This document shows, piece by piece, positions 9,109 through 18,981 of a stretch of DNA of 64,000 bases. Within the stretch, counting starts at the first letter, position 1. Each line of letters starts with the position of its first letter. A program made the position numbers and the translations under genes. The stretch is from positions 214,436 to 278,435 of the IMG/VR virus record IMGVR_UViG_3300044641_009805; one strand, written 5' to 3'. The notes below the pieces were generated by a model. That model was not told the origin of the DNA and searched no databases. It saw only the letters and a program-made list of their open reading frames with translations.

Positions 9109-9665
9109 GCAAGAAAAAAATTACCGAATCTTTACACATGATGTTGACGATCGAACCAAACTTAAACATCATTACAGAAAATATGATGGCTGAGTGGGGA
9201 AATGTTCCTTATTGCCAGCTTTCTGTTGTTTTAGTTCATCTAAAATTTTTGGCAGAACTACACCAGAATCATCACTGGACTTGCATGGGAGATCCATTCT
9301 ACGGCGATCATCTTCTTTTTCAACGATTGTATGAAGGCGTTTCTGCAGAAGTAGATTCAGTTGCTGAAAAAGCTATAGGTCTTGGATCAACTTCCAACGT
9401 CAATATTCAGCTGATTCATTCTCAAATGTTAAAGCTCATTTCTAACGTTGGATCAGGTATGACGATTCCGCAATCGACTGATTTAGCAAAACGCTCAATG
9501 ATTGCAGAGTTGAACTTTTTGAAAGTAATTGATCACGCGATGTCTTCTTTGAATGAGTGTGGAATGTTGTCAAACGGTATCGATAATTTGTTACAAGGCA
9601 TTGCAGACAAACATGAAGGACATGTTTATCTCTTAAAACAACGTTGTTCCAAACAGGCCGTTTAA
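9105..9665 (+). CDS. Dps/ferritin-like four-helix bundle protein
   Basis: HQNHHW..GDPFYGDHLLFQRLYE..EVDSVAEK and DKHEGHVYLL ferroxidase-type residues. Confidence 0.78.
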   Translation: MSKKKITESLHMMLTIEPNLNIITENMMAEWGNVPYCQLSVVLVHLKFLAELHQNHHWTCMGDPFYGDHLLFQRLYEGVSAEVDSVAEKAIGLGSTSNVNIQLIHSQMLKLISNVGSGMTIPQSTDLAKRSMIAELNFLKVIDHAMSSLNECGMLSNGIDNLLQGIADKHEGHVYLLKQRCSKQAV

Positions 9666-9667
9666 AC

Positions 9668-10228
9668 ATGAAAATTAAATTTGAACAGTTAAGAAGAATC
9701 ATAAAAGAAGAAATTACTCTTGCAAAATCAGGCGAAAATCAAAGATTTTTACATGGACCTGACGATGAAGGTGCAATGGTAAAATCTAGTTTGTCAGCCA
9801 TGATGAATATGGCTTCTGATATTCAAGATGTCATGGCAGACGATGATCAACTCCCGGGTTGGGTTCAAGATCATCTTTCTGTTGCTCATGAAAATCTGCA
9901 ACAGGTTCATGGTTATTTGATGGGAACATTGAAGCAAGAATCTAGATCTAGTAATCAGAAAAAAAATATTTCAGAGTCTATTTCTAAGATTACGACAAGA
10001 GAAATTAAAGAATGGTCGAAAGGCAATTGGGGATTCATTTCTGAGACATCTCAATCTGTTGACCCCGATCGAATTAGAGAAGTTTGGGAAGACCTAGGCG
10101 GGTACAATGGCTCTAAAGTTACAGTTGAAGATATAGCTTTAGAATTGAGAGTTCTTCCAACGGATGTTAACATGAATGGAACAGGCCTTGTGGTTCTTGA
10201 TGGTGTTGTACAAAGAGAGTCATTCTAA
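9668..10228 (+). CDS. Hypothetical protein with MKIKFEQLRRIIKEE motif
   Basis: ORF; DDEGAMVK..LPGWVQDHL block. Confidence 0.75.
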   Translation: MKIKFEQLRRIIKEEITLAKSGENQRFLHGPDDEGAMVKSSLSAMMNMASDIQDVMADDDQLPGWVQDHLSVAHENLQQVHGYLMGTLKQESRSSNQKKNISESISKITTREIKEWSKGNWGFISETSQSVDPDRIREVWEDLGGYNGSKVTVEDIALELRVLPTDVNMNGTGLVVLDGVVQRESF

Positions 10229-10245
10229 CATTCTGGAATCGACGT

Positions 10246-11499
10246 ATGGGTGGTAATACTAAGGCTATAGATCGTGAGACTGGAGAAGTTGTAAACTTCT
10301 TTGGTCGTCCTGGGTATGCAGACAAAATAGATCTTAAAAAATTAGATCGCTCTTCTCTAAAAAGATCTATCATTACTGCTTTAAAAAATTTGGATTCGTC
10401 GTATGAGAATGAATTTGGCGTTCCTATTTGGGATCGTTCGCAACGAAATTCATTACTCTCATCCGGTGAGGCGTTTAACGGATCTTCTGAACATCTATTC
10501 AACGATAAAATAACGGATAAAGAATTCACAAAATTTAAGCCTTCGGTAGGCGATATTGACTTGACAGTTCCTGCTGAAAAAATAGAAACTATATTTGATC
10601 TACTAGCTTCTCTTGAAGGAAAAGAAGTGGTACCTGGGAAAATTTGGTATGTAGGACAAAATAGAAAAAAGTACGGAGGAGATCAAATAAATGCTTTGTT
10701 TGCGTACAGGCAAACAAAAGACGCAGACCCAGTATTCGTTCAAGTTGATTTTGAATCAGTAGACTATGCTGGGGGGCGTCCGGATTCATTTGCGAAATTT
10801 GGACATTCTTCGGCTTGGGAAGACGTAAAAGAGGGCGTAAAAGGCGTGTTCCACAAATATTTGTTGAGATCTCTAACGACAAAATCAACTCTAAATGATG
10901 CAGTCATTCTTGCCAAGAATAGCCCAGTATACCCACCAGAAAAAATAAAGATTAAGAAGAAATCTGATCCAATTAAGCTGCTCTCGTTTTCTGTTTCGCA
11001 AGGGTTGAGAACCACTGTGGAGTTGCAGAAATACCCTGACGATCCTAATATTCCGAAAGAACTAATCGGTCAACCTGTTAAATTAGGAGATTCTTTCGTT
11101 TATAGAGAACTATCAACAGCAGAATCAAGCTACGTAAAAAATATAGACGAAATATTTACGTTGTTGTTTGGTAAGGTTCCTTCGTCGTCAGATGACATGA
11201 CAAAATTGCAATCTTTTTCTGGTATACTTTCGTTAATGAAAATGTATATGTCAGATGATGACATAGAAAATATCTACGAAGATTTTGTTAATGAAAAGCT
11301 ATTTTCTCCTGAAGCTCAAGGATTAGATTTGACAAGTGCAGAAGTAGATAAATCTTCGAAGCTCGCCGCCGTAGGAAGATTTAGAAAAGAGTTTCCGTTT
11401 TTGGCAGAACCAGATGCGACCATGGTGCAATCTTATTATTCTTCGTATAAGATAAGAGAATCTATATCCAGGTATATACGCATCTTATTCGGTCGATAA
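10246..11499 (+). CDS. DNA polymerase beta-superfamily nucleotidyltransferase
   Basis: NGSSEHLF...VGDIDLTV (GS..DxD) plus third Asp in VQVDF. Confidence 0.7.
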   Translation: MGGNTKAIDRETGEVVNFFGRPGYADKIDLKKLDRSSLKRSIITALKNLDSSYENEFGVPIWDRSQRNSLLSSGEAFNGSSEHLFNDKITDKEFTKFKPSVGDIDLTVPAEKIETIFDLLASLEGKEVVPGKIWYVGQNRKKYGGDQINALFAYRQTKDADPVFVQVDFESVDYAGGRPDSFAKFGHSSAWEDVKEGVKGVFHKYLLRSLTTKSTLNDAVILAKNSPVYPPEKIKIKKKSDPIKLLSFSVSQGLRTTVELQKYPDDPNIPKELIGQPVKLGDSFVYRELSTAESSYVKNIDEIFTLLFGKVPSSSDDMTKLQSFSGILSLMKMYMSDDDIENIYEDFVNEKLFSPEAQGLDLTSAEVDKSSKLAAVGRFRKEFPFLAEPDATMVQSYYSSYKIRESISRYIRILFGR

Positions 11500-13185
11500 A
11501 TGTTAGATATTTCAATTCTAGAACTAAAAAAAGCAGTCAAGACTCCGAAGGCTGCCTCTAATTTTATCAGAAAGCATATCAAGGTTGTCGAGAAAATCGA
11601 CGGAACGAAACTTACCTTGATACGCAATGATGCGCAATTTGACCCAAATGACTATACAAAAAACTGGATTATTTCGTATAAGGGAAACATCATTTATTCT
11701 ACGGAATTTTCTGGATTGGAAAAGAGAGATAAAGACATTAAAACGTCTGGGCTAGGTACGTCTCAATATAAATTTGTGTATGATCATTTGAAAAGAGTCC
11801 ATGAAGGAACTGCTTCAATTCCTCTCAATACAGAATTTTTTATAGAATTTGTTCAAAATAAACCTACTGTAACTAGAGATTATGCGAAGAAACACGGCAT
11901 GTTCTTGGTCGGATTTGGGCCGGCAGTGTATGCATCATCTAAAGGGCAAATCTATTCTTCATCCACATTTGTTGATGATCCTGCTAAGTTAGAAGAGTAC
12001 AGAGAAATATTACAGTTAAATTCTTTTCCATTACTCTACGAAGGTAATTTGTCTTCTAGGACGGAGATATTCGATAATAGCGAATATCTTGATCCAAGGC
12101 TTAGAGAATTATTCTCACAGAATCTAGAGACAGTGGATTTTTCAAATCCGCAAGAGATTCTTGACGGAGTTGTTAGTTCTTTTCAAGCTTTGGAGTCCTC
12201 GTTAGGAGGACAATCAGAAGGAGTTGTCATCACCGTCGAAGGTGATGACATGTCTGAGAAGCAGCTATATAAAGTTTTAGCAGCCGATCAACACAACAAA
12301 GAAGTAAGAGAGAAAAAGAAATCTAGGTATAAGGGCACCCCGCAAGAAGAAGCAGCGTATTGGGAAGACATCAACGCTACTACTGATCTAATTCTGGACG
12401 AATTGCAGATTGATGCTAGGGATTCTCGACCTGAAGAAGCGTTGAAAGACTTGTCGGCAAGAGTTTATGAGATGTCTGAAGAAGACATAGGAGCATATCA
12501 TCCTGTTAAAACTCTTTTAAATAAGCAAGAAGATTTAATGCTGACTGCTAAAACCAGATTGTTCGTTTTAGGTCATAGACTCAAAAAGATAGCTGTCATT
12601 CCTATGGCTGCAAAACCTTTTCACAGAGGTCATCAAGCGTTATTGGATGCAGCAGAAGCAGACGGAAATGAATTAATTCTAGTGTATGTATCTACGGGGG
12701 GAAGAGACGAAATAAGTTCTTCTGACATGGTCCCGTTGTGGAAAAACTACTACTTGCCAGCCATACAAGAGACGTATGGAGATAAGGTCGCCATCAGGTT
12801 CACAAAAGGAATTTCTCCCATGTATGAACTGAGATCTGCAATCTCCAACCTAGTCAGACAATCAGAAGAAACAGTAGTGACTCTTTATGGAGATCCAGAA
12901 GATGCTGCCCGCCGCGTCGACGATATAATCAATAACGAAAAAAACGTGGTTGATCTAACGAGAAAAGTCGTGGCAGGATCGGTACCCAGAGAATCTTCCG
13001 GCGGAATTTCTGGCACAAAAATGAGAGAATTTTTGTCGACTGGACAAAGAGAACAGTTCATGAAGAATTTGCCTGATTTTTTGAACGAAGATTCAAAACT
13101 AGCAATTTGGAATTCTTTGTCAAAAAGTAAAGTTTCGCAAAGTGAAAATCTATTGAAATCATATGTAAGATTAATTCTTGCATAA
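11500..13185 (+). CDS. Fusion: ligase-type adenylyltransferase domain + HxGH (cytidylyltransferase/NMNAT-like) domain
   Basis: EKIDGT (motif I), FFIEF (III), SEGVVI (IV), LYK (V); C-terminal KPFHRGH and ISGTKMR. Confidence 0.75.
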   Translation: MLDISILELKKAVKTPKAASNFIRKHIKVVEKIDGTKLTLIRNDAQFDPNDYTKNWIISYKGNIIYSTEFSGLEKRDKDIKTSGLGTSQYKFVYDHLKRVHEGTASIPLNTEFFIEFVQNKPTVTRDYAKKHGMFLVGFGPAVYASSKGQIYSSSTFVDDPAKLEEYREILQLNSFPLLYEGNLSSRTEIFDNSEYLDPRLRELFSQNLETVDFSNPQEILDGVVSSFQALESSLGGQSEGVVITVEGDDMSEKQLYKVLAADQHNKEVREKKKSRYKGTPQEEAAYWEDINATTDLILDELQIDARDSRPEEALKDLSARVYEMSEEDIGAYHPVKTLLNKQEDLMLTAKTRLFVLGHRLKKIAVIPMAAKPFHRGHQALLDAAEADGNELILVYVSTGGRDEISSSDMVPLWKNYYLPAIQETYGDKVAIRFTKGISPMYELRSAISNLVRQSEETVVTLYGDPEDAARRVDDIINNEKNVVDLTRKVVAGSVPRESSGGISGTKMREFLSTGQREQFMKNLPDFLNEDSKLAIWNSLSKSKVSQSENLLKSYVRLILA

Positions 13186-13742
13186 TGAGAATTTTTTTTA
13201 GTTCTGACACTCACTACTTTCATGCGAACATCATAAAATATTGTGATAGACCTTTTAAAACTGTCGATGAAATGAATGAATTCATGATAGACGCGTGGAA
13301 TTCATTCGTAGATGAAGATGATTTAACTTTTCATCTTGGCGATTTTTCGTTGTTGCGTCCCGTGGACTCCGATCAACTAAGAGATGTAATAACCAGATTA
13401 AAAGGTAAGAAAATTCTCGTTAAAGGTAACCATGACAAAGATAGTGACTCGTTTTTTTTAGATGCAGGGTTTAAAAAAGTATACGATTCTATCAACGTAG
13501 CAGGCGTTTTGCTTGTCCATTATCCGTTGCACGAAGCTTTTTCTAGAAAAGTAAAAGATTCTCATTGGGGTGAAGTGTCTCACGTAATACATGGACATTC
13601 ACACGATAAAAAAAATCCTAATCTAGAAAATCATTACAATGTAGCCGTAGACAGGCATGAATTTTGTCCTGTTTCTTTGCAACAAGCAGTTCCTGAAAAT
13701 TTGCAAAAGAATTTCTTTTTAGAAGCAGTTAAGCTTTTTTGA
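13185..13742 (+). CDS. Calcineurin-like metallophosphoesterase
   Basis: SDTHYFH, LGDF, GNHD, HYP, HGHSH. Confidence 0.9.
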   Translation: MRIFFSSDTHYFHANIIKYCDRPFKTVDEMNEFMIDAWNSFVDEDDLTFHLGDFSLLRPVDSDQLRDVITRLKGKKILVKGNHDKDSDSFFLDAGFKKVYDSINVAGVLLVHYPLHEAFSRKVKDSHWGEVSHVIHGHSHDKKNPNLENHYNVAVDRHEFCPVSLQQAVPENLQKNFFLEAVKLF

Positions 13743-13783
13743 ACAAAGTAAAAAAGTTTTCATAATATATCGTATGAAATAAT

Positions 13784-14851
13784 ATGCAACGTTCATTGTG
13801 CTTCGATGATGTACTGCTCGTCCCTCAACTTTCAGACATAGAGTCTAGATCGCATGTAGATCTTTCAGTGCCGGGATTTGACTCCGCTTTTGCTAGCTTA
13901 ACCGACAAACACGAACAATTAAAGTGTCCCATTGTCGGTTCTCCTATGGACACAGTAATAAGTCCTCAGTCGGCGGCTGTCATTGCAAAGCTTGGAGGCT
14001 TCGGAGTTTTGCATCGATACTGTTCAATCGATGATTCTAAAAAGATGTTTCTTGAAACGGCTAAACTATTGCTTGATGATTGTGACAATAGTTCTTCAGC
14101 TTTTATCCCGAACTTGATGGTGGCTGTTGGTGCGACGGGTGATTATCTTGAAAGAGCAGGTGAACTATACGACGTGGGTTGTAGGGCTTTCTGCGTTGAT
14201 GTTGCGCATGGTCACCACACAAATGTTAAAAATGCTCTAAATAAGCTAAGAGTAAAATTTGGTAAAAAAATTCACATAATGACTGGCAACGTTGCAACTT
14301 TGGAAGCCTTCAATGATCTTGCTGACTGGGGTGCTGATTCCATACGTACCGGTGTCGGAGGAGGATCCATGTGTACAACGAGAATTCGCACGGGACATGG
14401 AGTTCCAACGCTGCAATCAATCATCGATTGTGCAAAATCCGACAGGGACGTTTACATTGTAGCAGATGGTGGAATTAGGAACAGCGGCGATGCAGTGAAA
14501 GCTCTAGCTGCTGGAGCGGACATGGTGATGCTAGGATCAGTTCTTGCTGGACATGATGAATCCCCAGGAGCAATCATTACAAAAGACAACCAACGTTACA
14601 AGAAGTTTCGCGGAATGGCTTCAAGAGAAGCGCAATTGGAATGGAGAGGTAAGGTGTCCGTTGCTGAAGGAGAGTCAACGTTGATCCCTTACAGAGGTTC
14701 TCTTCAAGATACTTTGACAGACCTGCTTGAAGGCATTAAATCAGGTCTGTCATATTCAGGCGCTAAAAGTATTAGAGAGTTTAGAAGCAAAGCTAAATTT
14801 TTAGGTATCACTTCAAATGCTGTCAAAGAAAATGGTCCTCACGGAAAGTGA
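13784..14851 (+). CDS. IMP dehydrogenase / GMP reductase family (no CBS domains)
   Basis: [28 protein letters not shown] catalytic Cys loop, ADGGIR, FRGMAS. Confidence 0.9.
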   Translation: MQRSLCFDDVLLVPQLSDIESRSHVDLSVPGFDSAFASLTDKHEQLKCPIVGSPMDTVISPQSAAVIAKLGGFGVLHRYCSIDDSKKMFLETAKLLLDDCDNSSSAFIPNLMVAVGATGDYLERAGELYDVGCRAFCVDVAHGHHTNVKNALNKLRVKFGKKIHIMTGNVATLEAFNDLADWGADSIRTGVGGGSMCTTRIRTGHGVPTLQSIIDCAKSDRDVYIVADGGIRNSGDAVKALAAGADMVMLGSVLAGHDESPGAIITKDNQRYKKFRGMASREAQLEWRGKVSVAEGESTLIPYRGSLQDTLTDLLEGIKSGLSYSGAKSIREFRSKAKFLGITSNAVKENGPHGK

Positions 14852-14853
14852 TT

Positions 14854-15324
14854 TCACTTTTTCTTTTTCTTCTTTTTTCCGTGAAATGGAACGCCTGCTT
14901 GCTTTGACATCCAATTTGCTGCGGCCCAAGGATTCGTAGCCCAACTATCAACTTTTTTTGCTTTTTCTGTTGCGGTTACTGCGCCTTTCAATATTTTTTT
15001 TGCTGTTGATTTAGAAGGTCCTTTTTTTGCTTCTGTCATTGCACATGTGCATGGCCCTTCTAACTCTAAAGGCATCATACCGCACATAGGGCAAACTGAA
15101 GCTTGTTCGCATGAACATTGATCGGCAGGCATTCCACACATTCCACACATTTCAGATTCCATTCCACCGCAACCACAATCTGACTCGACTGATTGCGACA
15201 TCATGCCACACTCTTCGCATGGCATTCCTGCTTCTCTTGTGTCCATCACACCCGTTGGTGCGTTACCTGCGTAACTTCCTATGGGTTCTCCAAATGTTTC
15301 TGCTAGATAGTCTTTTGCTCTCAT
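14854..15324 (-). CDS. Cys-rich protein with three CxxCGM..CxC units and basic tail
   Basis: CEECGM..CGC, CGMCGM..CSC, CPMCGM..CTC; start 15324 chosen from upstream TATATTTA-N5-ATG (15384 possible). Confidence 0.7.
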   Translation of the reverse strand: MRAKDYLAETFGEPIGSYAGNAPTGVMDTREAGMPCEECGMMSQSVESDCGCGGMESEMCGMCGMPADQCSCEQASVCPMCGMMPLELEGPCTCAMTEAKKGPSKSTAKKILKGAVTATEKAKKVDSWATNPWAAANWMSKQAGVPFHGKKKKKKK

Positions 15325-15329
15325 GTCGA

Positions 15330-15337
15330 TAAATATA
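15330..15337 (-). promoter_or_regulatory. TATANTTA box (putative late promoter)
   Basis: TATATTTA-N5-ATG(15324). Confidence 0.5.
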
Positions 15338-15359
15338 CCTTCTTCCAAGAAATATTGAA

Positions 15360-15389
15360 GTGCAAATTTAAACTTCTTTAACATACAAT
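15360..15389 (+). promoter_or_regulatory. GTGNAA-N18-TANNNT promoter, leaderless
   Basis: GTGCAA-N18-TACAAT-N7-ATG(15397). Confidence 0.75.
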
Positions 15390-15396
15390 AGTTCTG

Positions 15397-18300
15397 ATGA
15401 CGAGAGACAATAAAACAGCTTCACCTACCAGATTCGTGGGTCTTCATGCGCATTCTACATTTTCGCAGTACGATGGTCTCGATTATCCTCAAGAGCACAT
15501 TGATTACGTGCTAGAAAATGGCATGGACGCTTGGTCGTTGACTGACCATGGTAACATGAATGGATTCTGTCACGCTTTTCTTCATGCCGAAAAGATGAAA
15601 AAGTCAGGAAAGAACTTTAAGTTTATCCCTGGCTGCGAGATGTACGTTCATCCTGATCTTACCCAGTGGAAAAAAGATCTGGAAGCGTCCAAGGTAAAAC
15701 CTGCAAAGGACGAGTCCATCATTACTCCTATCACCGCGGTCGTTGATGGCGATGACGAGACGACAGACGTTGGTACGGATGAAGCAGCTTTGACTGTTGA
15801 GAACGAGGACGAGACGAAGTCAGGTAAATACAATGATCCCGTCAAGCGTCGTCATCATCTAGTCGTTCTACCAAAAACCTCAGTAGGCCTTCAACGTCTG
15901 TTCCACCTGGTATCCAGGGGATACATGGAAGGATTTTATCGATTCCCTCGAATCGATTATTCGATGCTAAAAGAAGCAGCAAAAGGTGATCATCTCATGA
16001 TCAGCACAGCTTGTTTAGGTGGTCCTTTGGCTTTCGACGCTTTCGAACAGCTTCAAAAAGTTCCGTTCGAAGAATTGAAACACCAATTGCTTAACGACAG
16101 ATCACTTTTGGATCGTATCATTGCTACGATGAGTAACACTTACGACAAGTTAGTTGATGCCGTCGGTCGCGATAACGTATGTCTTGAACTACAATTCAAC
16201 AAGCTCCCTGCTCAGCATCTTGTTAATCGAGCTCTCATTGAGTTTTCCAAACGAAATTCCCTGCGCGATAGAGTGGTGGTTACTTGCGACTCGCACTATT
16301 CACGACCAGAAAACTGGAAAGAACGAGAGATTTATAAGAAGCTAGGTTGGCTTAACTATCAAAACTTTGATCCAAGCTTGTTGCCTAAGTCTAAGGACGA
16401 TTTAAAATGCGAATTGTATCCCAAAAATGCCAAGCAGGTGTGGGAATCTTATTTGTCTACGACGGAAGGCATGGATTTCTATGACGATGAATTTGTTAAG
16501 GACGCGATTGAAAGAACCCATGATATCGTTCATAACGAATTAGGTGACATTCAGCCTGACAAGACAATGAAGCTTCCTTCTTACGTGATCCCTGAGGGAA
16601 CCACGGAAGATAAGGCACTCGTGGTTGCGTGTAAAAATGGATTGAAGTGGAGAGGTCTAGACTCAAGACAAGACTACATCGACAGAATCAAATATGAGCT
16701 AGGCATCATCAAAGGTAAGAAGTTCTCTAGGTACTTCTTGACGATGAAGGCTATCATGGATATTGCTCGTGAGCATATGTTGATCGGACCAGGTCGTGGA
16801 TCAGCTGCTGGTTCACTTGTAGCCTATGTTCTTGGAATTACGAATTTGGATCCAATTGAATATGATCTTTCTTTTGAAAGATTTTTGAATCCTTCTAGAA
16901 CAGGTGCCCCTGATATTGACTCTGACATCTCTGATCGAGATTTATTGATTGAACTTCTTAGAAAGAATCTTGGCGAAAGGAACGTCATTCCTATCTCCAA
17001 CTACAACACCTTCAGGTTAAAGAGCCTCATTAAAGATATTGCTCGATTCTACAGTATCCCTTTTGAGGAAGTCAACGCTGCTCTTGCTCCTGTCGAGGAT
17101 GATGTCAAGAAGGAGGTCTTTAAACCAGGAACAGACAAGAACTTGTTCGTTCTTACATACGAAGACGCCATCAAATATTCAAAGTCTCTACAAGACTTCA
17201 TTGCTGCACACCCCGAGGTGGCCGAACCAATTGAGATTTTATTCAAGCAAAACCGTTCTTTGGGCCGCCACGCCGGTGGCGTCATCGTATCAGAAGATGT
17301 CGCCGAAAGAATGCCTCTAATCCTTGCTCGCGGTGAGGCCCAGACACCTTGGGTCGAAGGCATGAACTATAAACATCTCGAAGAATTTGGGTGGATCAAG
17401 TTCGATCTGCTAGGTCTTGAAACCTTGCGTATCATCGAACGATGCATCGGCCTAATCCTCGAGCGCCGGGAAGGTGTAAAAAATCCTGATTTTAAGCAAA
17501 TTCGAGCGTGGTTTGATAAGCATATGGATCCGAAGAACATTGATCTGAACGATCAAAAAGTCTACGAATATGTTTACCACGAAGGTAGGTTCGCAGGTAT
17601 CTTCCAGCTAACACAAACAGGTGCTCAGCGGCTGTTTACGAAGGCTAAACCACGTAGCATCATCGACATTGCCACTCTTACTTCGATCTATCGTCCTGGT
17701 CCTCTTGCGGCTAACGTGGATAAACTTTATATTGATGCAAAGAATAATCCTGACAAGATTGATTATCAACATCCGTTGATCAAAAAAGTCCTCGAGTCTA
17801 CATACGGTTGTATCATCTTTCAAGAGCAGACCATGAGGTTATGTTCTGTGGTGGCGGGATTCCCTGAGGCTGAGACTGACACCATCCGTCGTAACATTAT
17901 GAAGCGCAGCGCGTCTAAGAAAGACGATGCTGCAGCGGATGCGAGGAAAGCAAAAGAAGAGTTCGTGTTAGGTGCTGTGAAGAATGGCGTAAACGAGAAG
18001 GTCGCATCTGAACTATACGATAAGATTCTATTCTTCTCTGGATACGGCTTTAATGCCTCGCATGCCGTGTCTTATGCAATTGATTCTTACTATTGCGCTT
18101 GGCTCTTGACTTATTATGAAGAGGAATGGCTATGCGCATATCTCGAATCGATGTCAGGAAACGACGAGAAACGAGCCAAAGCTTTTTCAGAAGTAAAAGC
18201 GCTAGGATATAAGATCGTTCCAATTGACGTAAACTACGCGACAAAGAGCTGGACAATCTTGGAAGGTAAACGATTCATGCCAAGCTTCTTGTCTTGCAAG

Positions 18301-18981
18301 GGAATTGGAGAGGCTGCTATCGATGAAATCGTCGAGAACAGACCTTACAAGAGTGTCGAAGAGATGTTGTGGAATGATGATGGTTCATGGAAACATTCCA
18401 AATTTAACAAGCGAGCTTTTGAAGGTCTCATCTCCATCAGAGCGTTTGACTCTCTTGACTGCGTAGGTGAAGGAAAAACATTTAACAGCTACAAACAGAT
18501 GCATCACATCTTGATTGATAAAGGTGCCGATATCAAGAAAACTTCAAAGAAAAATCCTACTCTCGGTATGGAAAACTTTCGAAATCTTTTGATAGAAACA
18601 AATGACATGGATGAGTGGACTCGTGGGGAGTTGGTTGACAACAGCGTGAAATATCTTGGATCATTCAACTCTAACATTTTAGTTTCTCAAGAACTGATTG
18701 CAAAGCTAGAATCTAAAGGTGTCAAATCCATCGACCTCATCGAGCAAACTGACGTTTATTGGTTCATTATTTCTGACGTAAAAGAAAAAAAGACGAAGAA
18801 CGGAAAGCCATACTTGCTTCTGACGGCAATAGGCCTTGAAGGCCAAACCCGTCGGATCTTTTGTTGGGGATGGGATGGCCGAACTGAGTTGCCGAAGTAC
18901 TCCACATGCATAGCAGAAATTACTGTCGATAATTACGGTAATAAAACTTTTATGAGCAAGGTTAAGGTAATCGATGAATAA
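15397..18981 (+). CDS. dnaE: DNA polymerase III alpha subunit (family C)
   Basis: PHP motifs LHAHS, TDHG, GCE; GRGSAAGS, PDIDSD, KFDLLGL, GYGFNASH; C-terminal OB fold. Confidence 0.96.
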   Translation: MTRDNKTASPTRFVGLHAHSTFSQYDGLDYPQEHIDYVLENGMDAWSLTDHGNMNGFCHAFLHAEKMKKSGKNFKFIPGCEMYVHPDLTQWKKDLEASKVKPAKDESIITPITAVVDGDDETTDVGTDEAALTVENEDETKSGKYNDPVKRRHHLVVLPKTSVGLQRLFHLVSRGYMEGFYRFPRIDYSMLKEAAKGDHLMISTACLGGPLAFDAFEQLQKVPFEELKHQLLNDRSLLDRIIATMSNTYDKLVDAVGRDNVCLELQFNKLPAQHLVNRALIEFSKRNSLRDRVVVTCDSHYSRPENWKEREIYKKLGWLNYQNFDPSLLPKSKDDLKCELYPKNAKQVWESYLSTTEGMDFYDDEFVKDAIERTHDIVHNELGDIQPDKTMKLPSYVIPEGTTEDKALVVACKNGLKWRGLDSRQDYIDRIKYELGIIKGKKFSRYFLTMKAIMDIAREHMLIGPGRGSAAGSLVAYVLGITNLDPIEYDLSFERFLNPSRTGAPDIDSDISDRDLLIELLRKNLGERNVIPISNYNTFRLKSLIKDIARFYSIPFEEVNAALAPVEDDVKKEVFKPGTDKNLFVLTYEDAIKYSKSLQDFIAAHPEVAEPIEILFKQNRSLGRHAGGVIVSEDVAERMPLILARGEAQTPWVEGMNYKHLEEFGWIKFDLLGLETLRIIERCIGLILERREGVKNPDFKQIRAWFDKHMDPKNIDLNDQKVYEYVYHEGRFAGIFQLTQTGAQRLFTKAKPRSIIDIATLTSIYRPGPLAANVDKLYIDAKNNPDKIDYQHPLIKKVLESTYGCIIFQEQTMRLCSVVAGFPEAETDTIRRNIMKRSASKKDDAAADARKAKEEFVLGAVKNGVNEKVASELYDKILFFSGYGFNASHAVSYAIDSYYCAWLLTYYEEEWLCAYLESMSGNDEKRAKAFSEVKALGYKIVPIDVNYATKSWTILEGKRFMPSFLSCKGIGEAAIDEIVENRPYKSVEEMLWNDDGSWKHSKFNKRAFEGLISIRAFDSLDCVGEGKTFNSYKQMHHILIDKGADIKKTSKKNPTLGMENFRNLLIETNDMDEWTRGELVDNSVKYLGSFNSNILVSQELIAKLESKGVKSIDLIEQTDVYWFIISDVKEKKTKNGKPYLLLTAIGLEGQTRRIFCWGWDGRTELPKYSTCIAEITVDNYGNKTFMSKVKVIDE

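Noticed and set aside
13739-13783. Leaderless promoter for the IMPDH/GMPR gene
   Set aside because: TTGAAC is present but the -10 spacing leads to a 2-codon ATG-AAA-TAA rather than the gene start; not counted in the regulon.
15640-15850. Intein in dnaE
   Set aside because: The insert is only about 50 aa, acidic, with no N-terminal Cys/Ser block or His-Asn end.
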